This document shows, piece by piece, positions 26,757 through 36,264 of a stretch of 40,832 nucleotides of DNA. Numbering within the stretch: position 1 is the stretch's first letter; each line of letters starts with the position of its first letter. Origin of the DNA: a virus (lineage: Duplodnaviria; Caudoviricetes); IMG/VR virus record IMGVR_UViG_3300034053_000015, positions 1-40,832 of that record. The stretch is one strand, 5' to 3'. The translations under genes and the position numbers were made by a program. Below the pieces are notes generated by a model. That model did no database searches. It was not told where the DNA came from and worked only from the letters and a program-made list of their open reading frames with translations.

Positions 26757-27788
26757 TCAAGAAGGAACCACGCAACATATTCCAGCATATGTCCGCAGGT
26801 TCTTCACGCCATACACCGAGTCAGTCGTTACCAACGTGCCAAGGTACTCTTGCTTGTACTGAGCCTGGGTGCGGATCGACTGCTGTTCTGCCAGTGCGAT
26901 ACCATCCTTGTGCATCAGGGTACAAACACGATACTTGGTATCCGTATCCGACGTGAAGTCAACAGACAGGCCAAACGCATCGGTGTAAGCACCGGCAAGC
27001 GTCGTGCTAGAGAAGTTGGTAGCGATCTCATTGCTGTTGTTGTTATTCACATGCAGCCACGGGCAGTTAGACGAAACGAACACCTCGACGCCGTACAGGT
27101 TGCCCATCATGCCGGTCTTCAGAGCGTTACCATTACCAACGAAGGCTTGCTCAGTGAAGCGGCTGATCGAACGAAGAACATTCATTTCAACCGGGGGGAT
27201 GACGAACTTCAACTCGTTCGACGGAATGTCGGCATCTTCCAGAGTCTGGATCATCTTGCGAAGACCAGCATCAGTAAGAGCAGTACCGTTACCACTAGAG
27301 GCTTCGGCGAAGGCAGTCGAACCATCACCACCGATTACAGCCGTATTCCAGACGTTGGTAGTCGAAGGAGTCGTATTACCCGACTGGAAGTAGTGGGCCA
27401 TCAGAGCGATGTCCTGATCCACCTGCTTCGCCAGCGCGTAGCCACCGTCATCCGTGTAGAACTTACGCATGGACGAAAGCGACTGCATCTCAGCGATGTC
27501 TTCGTACAGCTTCGAGTACTCGTAGTGCTTGTTGACCACGACGAGGACTTCGGTCGCCGTATCCGCAATCAGGGTGACTTGCGTGTTTGCAGCCTTAGCC
27601 GAGGGAGTGCCGCGAGCCGGAACCGGCAGGTGAAGCGTATCGCCCTTCTTGCCCTTGAAATTGACCTTGGTGACGAGGTTGCCGAGGACGAGTGCTTGCT
27701 TGTAGCGAGCTAGTACCTCGTCAGACCAAATGTCAGGAATAAATTTATCACTAGTGGTGACGGTGGTGTTATTAGTGCCTAAGCCCAT
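26757..27788 (-). CDS. Major capsid protein (HK97 fold)
   Basis: FIPDIWS.E, GKKGDTLH.P, GYALAKQVD, Q.QYKQEYLG.L.T.D..YGV; follows the scaffold gene. Confidence 0.92.
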   Translation of the reverse strand: MGLGTNNTTVTTSDKFIPDIWSDEVLARYKQALVLGNLVTKVNFKGKKGDTLHLPVPARGTPSAKAANTQVTLIADTATEVLVVVNKHYEYSKLYEDIAEMQSLSSMRKFYTDDGGYALAKQVDQDIALMAHYFQSGNTTPSTTNVWNTAVIGGDGSTAFAEASSGNGTALTDAGLRKMIQTLEDADIPSNELKFVIPPVEMNVLRSISRFTEQAFVGNGNALKTGMMGNLYGVEVFVSSNCPWLHVNNNNSNEIATNFSSTTLAGAYTDAFGLSVDFTSDTDTKYRVCTLMHKDGIALAEQQSIRTQAQYKQEYLGTLVTTDSVYGVKNLRTYAGICCVVPS

Positions 27789-27815
27789 GATATTGCTCCT
27801 TAATTGAGAAAAAGA

Positions 27816-28598
27816 TTAACGGACTCGTCCTTGAGCATAAGCCAGAAGAATCTCATCATTCATGGACTCATACCGCGAAGGATCTGTCATTTTGAGTCTG
27901 ATAAGGTCGGCTCTTCGATACACCTTAGTCCCGGATTCCCCCGTACCACCGGAATCTACAGAAGCTGACTTCAAGGCTTGAGTACGGGCAGTCTTTTCAA
28001 CTTCCGTTGCCTGAGTCACTTGCTGCTGCGCCCTGATGTTACGGATCTCCTTGTACGTCGAGAGGAGTTCGTGTGCAGCATTCAGGTCATAACGCTGATC
28101 TGCTGCCTGTAACAGTTGCTGCCTGACCGGGCTTGCTGCCACCCACTGCTGAAACGCAGGGTCTGCAACAATCTGATTCGTGTCAGGGTGCGCCTGATAC
28201 AACTTCTGCTTCGCCATCTCCTGTTGTGCTTGAACAGCGTACTGCTTGGCTGCTTGCACATCCGGACTTGACTCTACAGCACGTCGAACTGCCTCTTGCG
28301 GGTTCTCAAAGAAATCTACTTCCTTAACCGGCTCTGGTTCCTTTGGCTTCGGTTGCAGTTGTGACTTGATAAGCTCATCCGCCAGTTTGCGGATCTCACC
28401 TACCTCCTGACCTTGCCGAGAGATGATCTTCTCAGCCTCCTGGTGCATCTTGGCAATATCGGCAATACTCTTGCCCTTGTAGCGATCAGGGATTACGTCC
28501 TCAATGACTTGCTGACGCGCTTCCTGCTGCTGCTCTACTGCTTCGATCTCACCGAGTTCAGAGGCGGTATCAACTTCCAAATCCTGCATTTCAGCCAT
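27816..28598 (-). CDS. Capsid scaffolding protein
   Basis: P..YKGKS..DI..MHQEAEK.I.RQG.EVGE.RK; C-terminal EIL.AY.QGRVR; SD AGGAG. Confidence 0.85.
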   Translation of the reverse strand: MAEMQDLEVDTASELGEIEAVEQQQEARQQVIEDVIPDRYKGKSIADIAKMHQEAEKIISRQGQEVGEIRKLADELIKSQLQPKPKEPEPVKEVDFFENPQEAVRRAVESSPDVQAAKQYAVQAQQEMAKQKLYQAHPDTNQIVADPAFQQWVAASPVRQQLLQAADQRYDLNAAHELLSTYKEIRNIRAQQQVTQATEVEKTARTQALKSASVDSGGTGESGTKVYRRADLIRLKMTDPSRYESMNDEILLAYAQGRVR

Positions 28599-28687
28599 CT
28601 TCAATCTCCTGTCCATTAAGGGTTGCAGGTTGTTCAAACAGTCAGTTCATAACCGTTTCTTATGATTTGCTGACCAATGTATAAGCA

Positions 28688-28717
28688 AATATATACGATT
28701 TCCATGTTATGTCAAAT
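28688..28717 (-). promoter_or_regulatory. Promoter for scaffold/capsid genes
   Basis: TTGACA-N16-TATATT within the repeated ATTTGACATAAC motif. Confidence 0.6.
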
Positions 28718-28892
28718 ACTGATTGTTTTCTGCCTGATGTATAAGCAAGTCTGATTGTTATTTACGCCTGATGTGGCTTAGAGTGCCGTATCACCAACGC
28801 CGACTTTTTGATGTGAAAGAGGGTTTAGATGAACACTATCTGGATAATAATAATTCAATTCACACTATGGTTTAATATTACACTTATTGTCG

Positions 28893-29615
28893 TTAATTTT
28901 TAATTCGCCTTGCTATTGAGGGATCTAAAATTACAGTAGTTGTTCCACCAATTTCTTTCCCCACTTTATTTGAAGTGTATTCTTTGAATTTTGCACTATC
29001 GAACCCTTGATACTTTAACCATTGAGAAAACCTTTCACCAAGATCACCTTCAAACATCCCCCACGGCTCTCTGGAATACTTCGCTTGCAACCATAGATCT
29101 CTTTCATCAAATGGGCTTAATGTATCAAGAAACCTTGCTTTGAGATCATCATTGATGACTGCTGTTTTTTTAGGCTTTACATCCCACTTACTTACTTCAC
29201 CAAACTGCTCCGCAAATGCAGGCTTATCAGAAACAAAAGCTCCATGCCTTACAGTTTCAACATCACCTAAAGTTGTAGAGTTTATTGAGTTGCTTTTTGT
29301 GTTAAAAACATCAAATGGGGCTGAAGATCTTGACCCGTGATATTTAATTGCACCACCCATAGCTGGCACAAACGGCAACGCCCCCAAAGCCCCCAATCCA
29401 GCGCCCATCCAATCACCTTGCCTAGCGGCCTGCACACCTTCGTAAGCACTCATGGCATCACCAACCACCGGAGTAAGCCCTAGCAATCCAGTAGCCCTAC
29501 TCTGCATTTCCTCTGGAGAATTCTGCTGGACAAACTCCCTACCTTCGTACTGATCCATGATTCCACCAGCACGACGGTTAGCAAGCATTAACTCACGAAG
29601 TTTTGCGATGTCCAT
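28893..29615 (-). CDS. Pre-toxin-like hydrophobic segment fused to an ADP-ribosyltransferase-like domain
   Basis: PVVGDA...A.QGDW.GAGL.ALGALPFVP then YHGS..F..F, GAFVSD..FA..F, L..QGFDS. Confidence 0.65.
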   Translation of the reverse strand: MDIAKLRELMLANRRAGGIMDQYEGREFVQQNSPEEMQSRATGLLGLTPVVGDAMSAYEGVQAARQGDWMGAGLGALGALPFVPAMGGAIKYHGSRSSAPFDVFNTKSNSINSTTLGDVETVRHGAFVSDKPAFAEQFGEVSKWDVKPKKTAVINDDLKARFLDTLSPFDERDLWLQAKYSREPWGMFEGDLGERFSQWLKYQGFDSAKFKEYTSNKVGKEIGGTTTVILDPSIARRIKN

Positions 29616-29626
29616 TATGTGTTACC

Positions 29627-29860
29627 TCATTGCTCCTTCCGAGCCTTAATCCTTGCGTTGTCTTCCCGTACCTTTGCCCATTTCTCATAGGCTCCGGGGA
29701 ATGCACCCGTTATCCCTTCCAACTTCACCGTAGGCATACCTACCCTGCGAACCATCTCACCGGAACACTTGCAGGGGTAGGATTCTGTGGAGACATCCAC
29801 AAACCGTTCTTCCGCATTGCCGCAATCTTCACAGTAAAAGTCACGCATCAGCCGCCCCAT
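29627..29860 (-). CDS. FmdB-like zinc-ribbon protein
   Basis: DFYCEDCG..E..CKCSG.M.R. Confidence 0.75.
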   Translation of the reverse strand: MGRLMRDFYCEDCGNAEERFVDVSTESYPCKCSGEMVRRVGMPTVKLEGITGAFPGAYEKWAKVREDNARIKARKEQ

Positions 29861-30086
29861 TTTGTAGCTCCTTGTATGCTTGCTCGGAAATCTCTTGAAG
29901 AGACAACAACCATTTCATGATGTTGATCTCGCCCTGCTTAATTCCCAACTGGCGAAGATCCGTGATTCCACTGGTCGTATCAGTTGACTGAACCATTGCC
30001 TCAACGTCATCCATGAGATCCCGCCACCCATCGGTGGAACACATGGTGAAGCGGTCTTCGTAGTATCGCCTTAGAGCATTATCCAT
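29841..30086 (-). CDS. Conserved small head-region protein
   Basis: YYE.RF.M....GW.DL..D...QGE.NI..WLL; SD GGAG. Confidence 0.7.
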   Translation of the reverse strand: MDNALRRYYEDRFTMCSTDGWRDLMDDVEAMVQSTDTTSGITDLRQLGIKQGEINIMKWLLSLQEISEQAYKELQNGAADA

Positions 30087-30088
30087 AG

Positions 30089-31393
30089 CTATCTCAACTC
30101 CTTCCAATTCATCACCGCACGACAGGCTGAAGTACCCCCGATTCCGGTGACCAACAGTGTCAAAGTTCCCATCGAACGTACCGCACCGGCTGCGTCAAGC
30201 GTGATCGGGTATTTCATGGGTGAGGAGGAGTTCGTCGTGCCTTTAACTGATGCGCTTGCTGCCACATACCCCGAGTCAATGATGAGTGCCGGGGAGCCGC
30301 TGATTGTCCCTGCGGTGTTGTATTCAAACGCGCTATAGGTTGCATTGACGTTATTGAATGACGTTGTCCCGCTAATCGCCTGACCAAGGCACAAATCCCA
30401 TTTCACCGGGTTGATTCCCGTCACCAGCAATTCGATATTTTCAAAGACGAACTTGCTACGGTTGATGATGGAGTTGAACGTCGTTTTCGGGCGAACTGAC
30501 AGGATGTGAGTCTGCGCCCCGCTACCCGCAGTAACCGTGCCTTCTGCCGAGAAGTGGAATCCACCAACATCTTCCTGCCCACCTTCACTCACCACCGAAC
30601 AGCAGGTGAATTCCATCGTGGTGCTGACGGTTCCCGTACAGGTCATCCCTGCCGAGATCGGAAGGTTCGCGGTCTGGATGTACGGTTTAGCGAGGACGTT
30701 GGCGTTCTTGAATTCGTGGAAGCAAGTCGCCACCCCGGCAATATCCACGCAGCAGCGAACCCGCCCGTAGTATAGGGATTGAAGATCGAGGAAGAAGATG
30801 ACCCCCTTTGAGACTTGGAGGGTTATCCCGCTTGCTCCCGTACCATCCAACGGATCATCCCAGTTCGCTCTCAGGACAGTTTGATCGCCTTCATCCGTAT
30901 CTGAATACAGCGTGACCTGATACCCCGTGCCGTTGGATTCCAGAGCAACCCCGTTCCCGTTTTCACCAACGCCATACTTCAGCCACTTGAGACAATTCGC
31001 TGTGTGTTCGATGAAATTCCCGGTGACGAACGCTGCCTGCCCTCTCCCCGGCTGGTAGCGGTTATGCTCATACTGCTGCATGTAGCACTTCCCGCCTGTC
31101 GGGGTACTGCTGAATGTCAGCACTGCATTTCGGTTCGTACTGCTGTGGGCGATGGAAGCCCCAGACCCACTCGTTACCTGCTCGAACAACAGAGGTTGAA
31201 GGTCGTAGGTAAGCTGGGAGTCAAACACATACGCAGGACTGGCGGTTCTCAACCATCCGAACGGGCCAATCGAGGGGCTGTCCCCAAACTGCATATTGAG
31301 GTTGCTCGCTCGCAATTGAGCATCCGTCAAAGGCCCGGTGACGTTTACTGGATCAGAGGCCGTTGCTCCCAGTGGGGGGTATCTTGTAATCAT
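30089..31393 (-). CDS. Virion structural protein (beta-rich)
   Basis: FG.LR...P..VFDS, RYQPGRG, NWDDPLDGTGASG. Confidence 0.65.
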   Translation of the reverse strand: MITRYPPLGATASDPVNVTGPLTDAQLRASNLNMQFGDSPSIGPFGWLRTASPAYVFDSQLTYDLQPLLFEQVTSGSGASIAHSSTNRNAVLTFSSTPTGGKCYMQQYEHNRYQPGRGQAAFVTGNFIEHTANCLKWLKYGVGENGNGVALESNGTGYQVTLYSDTDEGDQTVLRANWDDPLDGTGASGITLQVSKGVIFFLDLQSLYYGRVRCCVDIAGVATCFHEFKNANVLAKPYIQTANLPISAGMTCTGTVSTTMEFTCCSVVSEGGQEDVGGFHFSAEGTVTAGSGAQTHILSVRPKTTFNSIINRSKFVFENIELLVTGINPVKWDLCLGQAISGTTSFNNVNATYSAFEYNTAGTISGSPALIIDSGYVAASASVKGTTNSSSPMKYPITLDAAGAVRSMGTLTLLVTGIGGTSACRAVMNWKELR

Positions 31394-31710
31394 CGAATCC
31401 CCCGCATCTCATCTCCACTTACGGTAACGGTAACTCCAGATCCTGACCCTACCCCGTAAATAAAATCCCCCGTATTCAATACCTGCAACCCAGTCCATTG
31501 AACCAGGGTATTCGCCGGAACACTGACTGCGGGGAATAGCATATTGCTTGTGGTATGACTCCCGCCAGAGGGGACAAGGTATATCGAAACCGACAAGGCT
31601 CCCGCAGTGGTATTGGCGATGTTGATGTCCACTACATCAGTTCGATACCCTGTAGGGACGGTGTATATCGTCGCCCCGGTTCCTATAGCAGACTGTCCTA
31701 GCTTCTTCAC
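31390..31710 (-). CDS. Small virion structural protein
   Basis: TIYTVP..T.V..INIANTT..VL..GD.I. Confidence 0.7.
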   Translation of the reverse strand: MKKLGQSAIGTGATIYTVPTGYRTDVVDINIANTTAGALSVSIYLVPSGGSHTTSNMLFPAVSVPANTLVQWTGLQVLNTGDFIYGVGSGSGVTVTVSGDEMRGIR

Positions 31711-31769
31711 AAGTGCGCCCCTCGATTAAAAGCCAGAATGATTGCGAGACAGACGAGATAGGCGGTCAT
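31707..31769 (-). CDS. 20-aa hydrophobic micropeptide MTAYLVCLAIILAFNRGAHL
   Basis: ATGA and GTGA overlaps exactly bridge the two neighbours. Confidence 0.45.
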   Translation of the reverse strand: MTAYLVCLAIILAFNRGAHL

Positions 31770-32830
31770 AGGGTCAAACTTTTGAGTTGGGCATCGCTTA
31801 GGCGCTTGGGGAAATAGCGGAATCCCCGCACCCATCCATTTAGATTCGTCGAGCCTCCAGCACTGGCCCCGAACTGAATACGATCCGGAGACGGTAGCGT
31901 TGCTGTTGCGTCCGTACTTAACGCACTCCCATCGACGCTTAATGCAAGATCATTTACCTTGTAAGCAAAGGCGAGTTTATTTGGCGACGGGTCAGCCCTA
32001 CCAAGCGCAGCCTGAGCAACTGAACCATCGCGCACCTCAACAATCATTGCTGAAGTACTGGTCAGATAGCATTGGTAACTTTCAGCATTAGATCCTGCAC
32101 CTATTGACCAAGAGGCAGGGTACTGAACAGCCGAAGGTACGAAACCGAATGATTGCTCGCTAACTATCGTACCCTCCGTCGCATTAAACCACCTGGAGAA
32201 GTTCGTCCCCGTCATGCTGCACACATCGGCAGCGCGGGTTCTGGTAGATCCATCTGTGACAATATGTGAAGTAGCAAAACTTCCAGCTTCAAGGTTTGCC
32301 CATTTCACCGTTCCAGAAACAGTCAGCGTCAATGATCCAGCAGTAGGTGTGAATGTCAGCGAAACCTTCGTCGTTGCACTAGTTCCAGTAAGCGGCCCTG
32401 CTGTGGATGTCCCAGTCAAAGTCACCGTACCAGTTCCAAAGAACGACAGAGTGTACGGAGTCGCTGCTGTAGTCACCGATTGCGTTGCTAGGTTTGTGCC
32501 ATCTGCAAGGCTATTCAACAGCAGGTTTGTTCGCGCCTCCTCAATCAACAACCCCTTGCACACTCCTGTACTTGGGTCGTAGTCGATACGTGGAATGTTC
32601 GCAGCCGCAGTACGCAGCACACCATTACTGTCGAAGTACGTCGCGCAGGTGGAAGCATCAGCGCGGGTGAAGGTGACACTCGACGGCAACGGCTGCGAGA
32701 AGTCCAGCGCCAAACTAGGCACACCGGGATCGGCAGCTAGTCCAGCGTTGCCATACACCGACCCCATCGCTAGGGGCGATAGGCGGGTGTTGAGGCCGTT
32801 GGCAATTACCTCATTGACTGAGACAGTCAT
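31766..32830 (-). CDS. Head spike/fibre protein with LamG-like lectin domain
   Basis: FTRA...TY.D..G...PRIDYDP..KGLLIEEARTNLL; SFATS.I.T..TRAAD; ATGA coupling at 32830. Confidence 0.8.
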   Translation of the reverse strand: MTVSVNEVIANGLNTRLSPLAMGSVYGNAGLAADPGVPSLALDFSQPLPSSVTFTRADASTCATYFDSNGVLRTAAANIPRIDYDPSTGVCKGLLIEEARTNLLLNSLADGTNLATQSVTTAATPYTLSFFGTGTVTLTGTSTAGPLTGTSATTKVSLTFTPTAGSLTLTVSGTVKWANLEAGSFATSHIVTDGSTRTRAADVCSMTGTNFSRWFNATEGTIVSEQSFGFVPSAVQYPASWSIGAGSNAESYQCYLTSTSAMIVEVRDGSVAQAALGRADPSPNKLAFAYKVNDLALSVDGSALSTDATATLPSPDRIQFGASAGGSTNLNGWVRGFRYFPKRLSDAQLKSLTL

Positions 32831-33159
32831 TTTGAAATCAATCCCATAGTCGTAGTGACCGACGCATTTGTGCCGCTGATGGAGCTGACCCGTGCGCGGA
32901 CATTGCCCCAAGGAGCATTCGATGCAAAGCCATCCGACGTTGCCGAGGTGCCGAGCGTCAGCGTGATCGTGCCGAGCGTGAGCCAAACCACGTTATCGTT
33001 GCTGACCTCGATTAGAACCGTAGCGGCGCCAGAACCTGCGGAGGTTGTTCCCGTAGATTGGAATGTCCTCAAACTCTCCGAGATTCGGTTGTTGGTCGCC
33101 ATACCAACCCCGGTTCCAGTAGCTGTAGTTGTAGCGGCGCTTTGTAATGTGACGATCAT
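32827..33159 (-). CDS. Small beta-sandwich virion protein
   Basis: SD AAGGAG; V.IEVSND...W..LG...VRARV. Confidence 0.7.
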   Translation of the reverse strand: MIVTLQSAATTTATGTGVGMATNNRISESLRTFQSTGTTSAGSGAATVLIEVSNDNVVWLTLGTITLTLGTSATSDGFASNAPWGNVRARVSSISGTNASVTTTMGLISK

Positions 33160-33169
33160 GGTGTTCTCC

Positions 33170-34129
33170 TTAGTTCGACTGCACGGCAATGGCGAACTGG
33201 CTTACAATCGCCGTCGCACCAGAAGCATTGGCTACTGTCACCTTATAAAACATCGCAGGGATGTTGGTGGACAGCGCGGAGGTATATCCGGCAACGTTTG
33301 CCGTAGAAATAAGCCATCCACTTGCGCCTACCGGCAACAGACCGGCCTTGTCCAAGTATCGCTGAACAGTAACGGTAAGAGCACGGTCAGCCAGGATACC
33401 AACCACGAGAGAGTTGTAATCCCCCATCGTCTGTATCCCTGAACTCCATGTCGTACCTGTTGGGATAGCAAGCTGCATTGGCGTAGTCGGGATAATCGCC
33501 TTGGCCGGATTGACGCCGCCCAGTTCAACATTCCCGTAAGGAACAGACAAGGCGGCAATCGCGCCAATCTGTGCTGTACTGAAGCCGCCAATCTGCGTGG
33601 TAGTCAAAGCGCCGAGTTGGGTCGAGTTCAATGCCGCAATGTCAGCATTCGACAAAACGCCAATCTCTGTAGTTGTCAGAGTTCCTAGATTGGTGGTTGT
33701 CAGGGCCGGAATCTGTCCAGAAACAAGCGCAGCAAGTTGCGTTGTACTCAGCGTTGCAAACTGCGTTGTACTCAATACGGCGATGTCGCTGGATTCAATC
33801 GCCGCTACCTGATCCGTTGTGAGAACAGAGATCTGGGCAGTAGTCAGTACCGCTACTTGCGTAGTAGTAAGCGCAGCAATGTCTGAGGTTTCAATCGACG
33901 GGACTTGTGCTGTGGTGAATGCCGCCACATCGGAAGTCTCCAACGCAGCTATGACGCTGGTAGTGAAGCCTGGTATCGCCGTGGTAGTCAGAACAACGAT
34001 CTGTGCCGTAGTCAGGGCAGGGGCTTGCGCCGTAGTCATACTCGCCAGATCTGTGGCGGTCAATGCGCTAATAGCAGTTGTCGAGAGTGCCGCTACTTGC
34101 GTAGTGGTCAGGTTGTCAAAGTAAGCCAT
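33170..34129 (-). CDS. Octapeptide-repeat (LTTxQIAA) protein with C-terminal beta domain, likely virion-associated
   Basis: About 23 tandem 8-aa repeats; SD AGGAG; immediately after portal. Confidence 0.75.
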   Translation of the reverse strand: MAYFDNLTTTQVAALSTTAISALTATDLASMTTAQAPALTTAQIVVLTTTAIPGFTTSVIAALETSDVAAFTTAQVPSIETSDIAALTTTQVAVLTTAQISVLTTDQVAAIESSDIAVLSTTQFATLSTTQLAALVSGQIPALTTTNLGTLTTTEIGVLSNADIAALNSTQLGALTTTQIGGFSTAQIGAIAALSVPYGNVELGGVNPAKAIIPTTPMQLAIPTGTTWSSGIQTMGDYNSLVVGILADRALTVTVQRYLDKAGLLPVGASGWLISTANVAGYTSALSTNIPAMFYKVTVANASGATAIVSQFAIAVQSN

Positions 34130-34145
34130 GATATGGATCTCCTAA

Positions 34146-36251
34146 TTACTGAATGGAATTCTTTACTGCGTTAACGTAGTCGGATTGCTTCTTTGAATCT
34201 ACCTGCATTTTAGCGATACGCTCGTTGGAGTCTATGTCCTTCTCCTTGAGGAGCAAATCAGCCAACTTCATCCGGCGCTCAAAGTCGACGCCTTCCTGAT
34301 CCTCGTCAAGGTTGTTTGACACCGCAGCAATGATTCGCGCCTTCATCTCGTCCGGTGCAAGTTGAGCTTCCACCTGAGCCTTCTGAGCATCCGCCTGAGC
34401 CTTCATGGATTGAGCGTTCTTCAACTGGACTTCAGCCTGCTTCAATGCGCCATCCAACTGAACAGCCATCTGCTGCATTTGCTGTTGCTCAGGATTAGGT
34501 TGGGACATCTTAGCCATTTCAGCCAACATCTCCTCGCGGTTAGCAATAGACGAGTTCTTTAGGATTCCCTGCATCAGAATCGGCGTTAGCGGAGATTGCG
34601 CCCCCAAAGTTTGCATGAGGAAGGCGAGTTGCTTCGTTTCATACTCGCGAGCAATGATCCCCAATGTCCCCGTCGGGCAGAATTTCACATCCACGGACGG
34701 ATAACGGTCAGGGTCAAACTGCATGTACCGATACGCCGCCTTATAGACGAACGGGATCAGGAAATCCTCTTGGAAATTCACTAGGGTACGCTTGTACTTC
34801 TTAATCAAGGTGGCCGTAGCCATATCCAGACCGGAAGTATCCCGAGCAACCTTCTCGATCATGCCGTTAGAGTCCATCGTCGCAGTCGCCATCAGCAACA
34901 TGCGCTCGAACTCTTTGGATGTCTGCATTGCAGCGCCGTCAGACTGACCAAACTTGAACGGGAACAGGATCTCGTTCGGATTGCCGTTGGTCATGAAGGC
35001 TTTGCCGGGCTTAACCTCAAACTTGGCACCCCTCGGAAGTCTCGTTGCGTCCATCGCCATCATCGGATGGACTGTCAGGGCTAAAGCGTCAAGGTGACTA
35101 CGCATCGAGCCATCAACCGCCATCTGCATGTTGAATGCTTTCTCGGCAGTTCCACGTCCAGGCAGTCTGTTTGGCACGGTATCCGCCTGATAACTCAGGA
35201 TCGGACGGTCTTTCATCATGTAGGGCGATTCGACGGCCTTCAGGAGTACAGAACCATTCCCGATAACCACGATTGCCTCGACCATATCCTCATAGTCTTC
35301 GAAGGCATCGGCTAACTCTTTTTCTTCTTCAAAGAGGTCTTCAAACTCTTCGTTCTGGAGGTATTCCTTAGGTACAAGACCATAGTAAGTCAGTGTAAGT
35401 ACCTTGTCAGTCTCGAAATTAGTCTCTTCCTGCGTCGGTTCCAGCGAATCGTCCTTGTACAAGTCGCCAATATCGACGTTCTTGTACTCACCACTGGAGA
35501 TTCTCTTGGCAACCTTGTGACTGGAGGTATAACGCTCTACCGCAACACCCATACAGTCATCAATGTCGGTTCCGTTTGGATCCCACAAGAAGTTTTTGGG
35601 GTTGATCGGGTTCAGCTTGACGAACATCCGCTCTTTTTCGCCAACTCCATAAGCCATCTGCACCATTTGCTGACCTGGAACCTGTGGCTGGTTCGGCATC
35701 GGCATCTGCATCGGCTGATAGACCTTCTCCGACCCAATGATGATCTCGCCAATGCCCATTCCGTAGATTTCAGCCATCAGTACGACAGAATCGAAGGACT
35801 TTCTAATCTTATCCTTGCCGAAATCCTCGTACAACTGACGCTTAATCATCTCTACGTCAGCGTTTTGCTTGTCCTGGAGATCGTCCTTGATGTCGAAGAA
35901 CTCACCTTGTCCGAATATGGCTTCCATAATCTCAGCATGGCGAGTCTCGATAGCCTGTTGCGTGGCAGGACTGATTACCCGGCTACGTTCCGATTGACGA
36001 GTCTTGTCTTCTTCCTTCCACTGCCCCCGGAAGATACGTTCATAACGCAAATAATCATCAAGGTAATTTTGATTTCTATAGTCCCTCCACTTATCAGTGT
36101 GATCTACGATGAACTGTACCAACTTCTTGTCGTTCTCGGTAGGCTCGTAGAACTGGGGAGCCTCGCTATCCTCTTCAACGTCGATCACCTGTCCGGTGTT
36201 CTGGAAGTCGATCTCTGGGTTAAGAGTCTCTGCTTTGGGTACTTGTGCCAT
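34146..36251 (-). CDS. Portal protein (P22-like, with C-terminal helical extension)
   Basis: 701 aa between terL and the head genes; W.EY/RIFRGQW-type motif, GRG..EK..NMQ.A.D, Gln-rich tail. Confidence 0.9.
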   Translation of the reverse strand: MAQVPKAETLNPEIDFQNTGQVIDVEEDSEAPQFYEPTENDKKLVQFIVDHTDKWRDYRNQNYLDDYLRYERIFRGQWKEEDKTRQSERSRVISPATQQAIETRHAEIMEAIFGQGEFFDIKDDLQDKQNADVEMIKRQLYEDFGKDKIRKSFDSVVLMAEIYGMGIGEIIIGSEKVYQPMQMPMPNQPQVPGQQMVQMAYGVGEKERMFVKLNPINPKNFLWDPNGTDIDDCMGVAVERYTSSHKVAKRISSGEYKNVDIGDLYKDDSLEPTQEETNFETDKVLTLTYYGLVPKEYLQNEEFEDLFEEEKELADAFEDYEDMVEAIVVIGNGSVLLKAVESPYMMKDRPILSYQADTVPNRLPGRGTAEKAFNMQMAVDGSMRSHLDALALTVHPMMAMDATRLPRGAKFEVKPGKAFMTNGNPNEILFPFKFGQSDGAAMQTSKEFERMLLMATATMDSNGMIEKVARDTSGLDMATATLIKKYKRTLVNFQEDFLIPFVYKAAYRYMQFDPDRYPSVDVKFCPTGTLGIIAREYETKQLAFLMQTLGAQSPLTPILMQGILKNSSIANREEMLAEMAKMSQPNPEQQQMQQMAVQLDGALKQAEVQLKNAQSMKAQADAQKAQVEAQLAPDEMKARIIAAVSNNLDEDQEGVDFERRMKLADLLLKEKDIDSNERIAKMQVDSKKQSDYVNAVKNSIQ

Positions 36252-36264
36252 ATTCTTGCCACCT

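Noticed and set aside
26850-27713. 287-aa plus-strand ORF antisense to the capsid gene
   Set aside because: No motifs or SD; a typical shadow of biased codon usage, unlike the nested HNH
28677-28774. Mini-CRISPR array
   Set aside because: Repeats are only 9-12 nt and irregular; no cas genes
33170-34129. Ice-nucleation protein
   Set aside because: 8-aa period, but lacks the AGYGSTxT consensus
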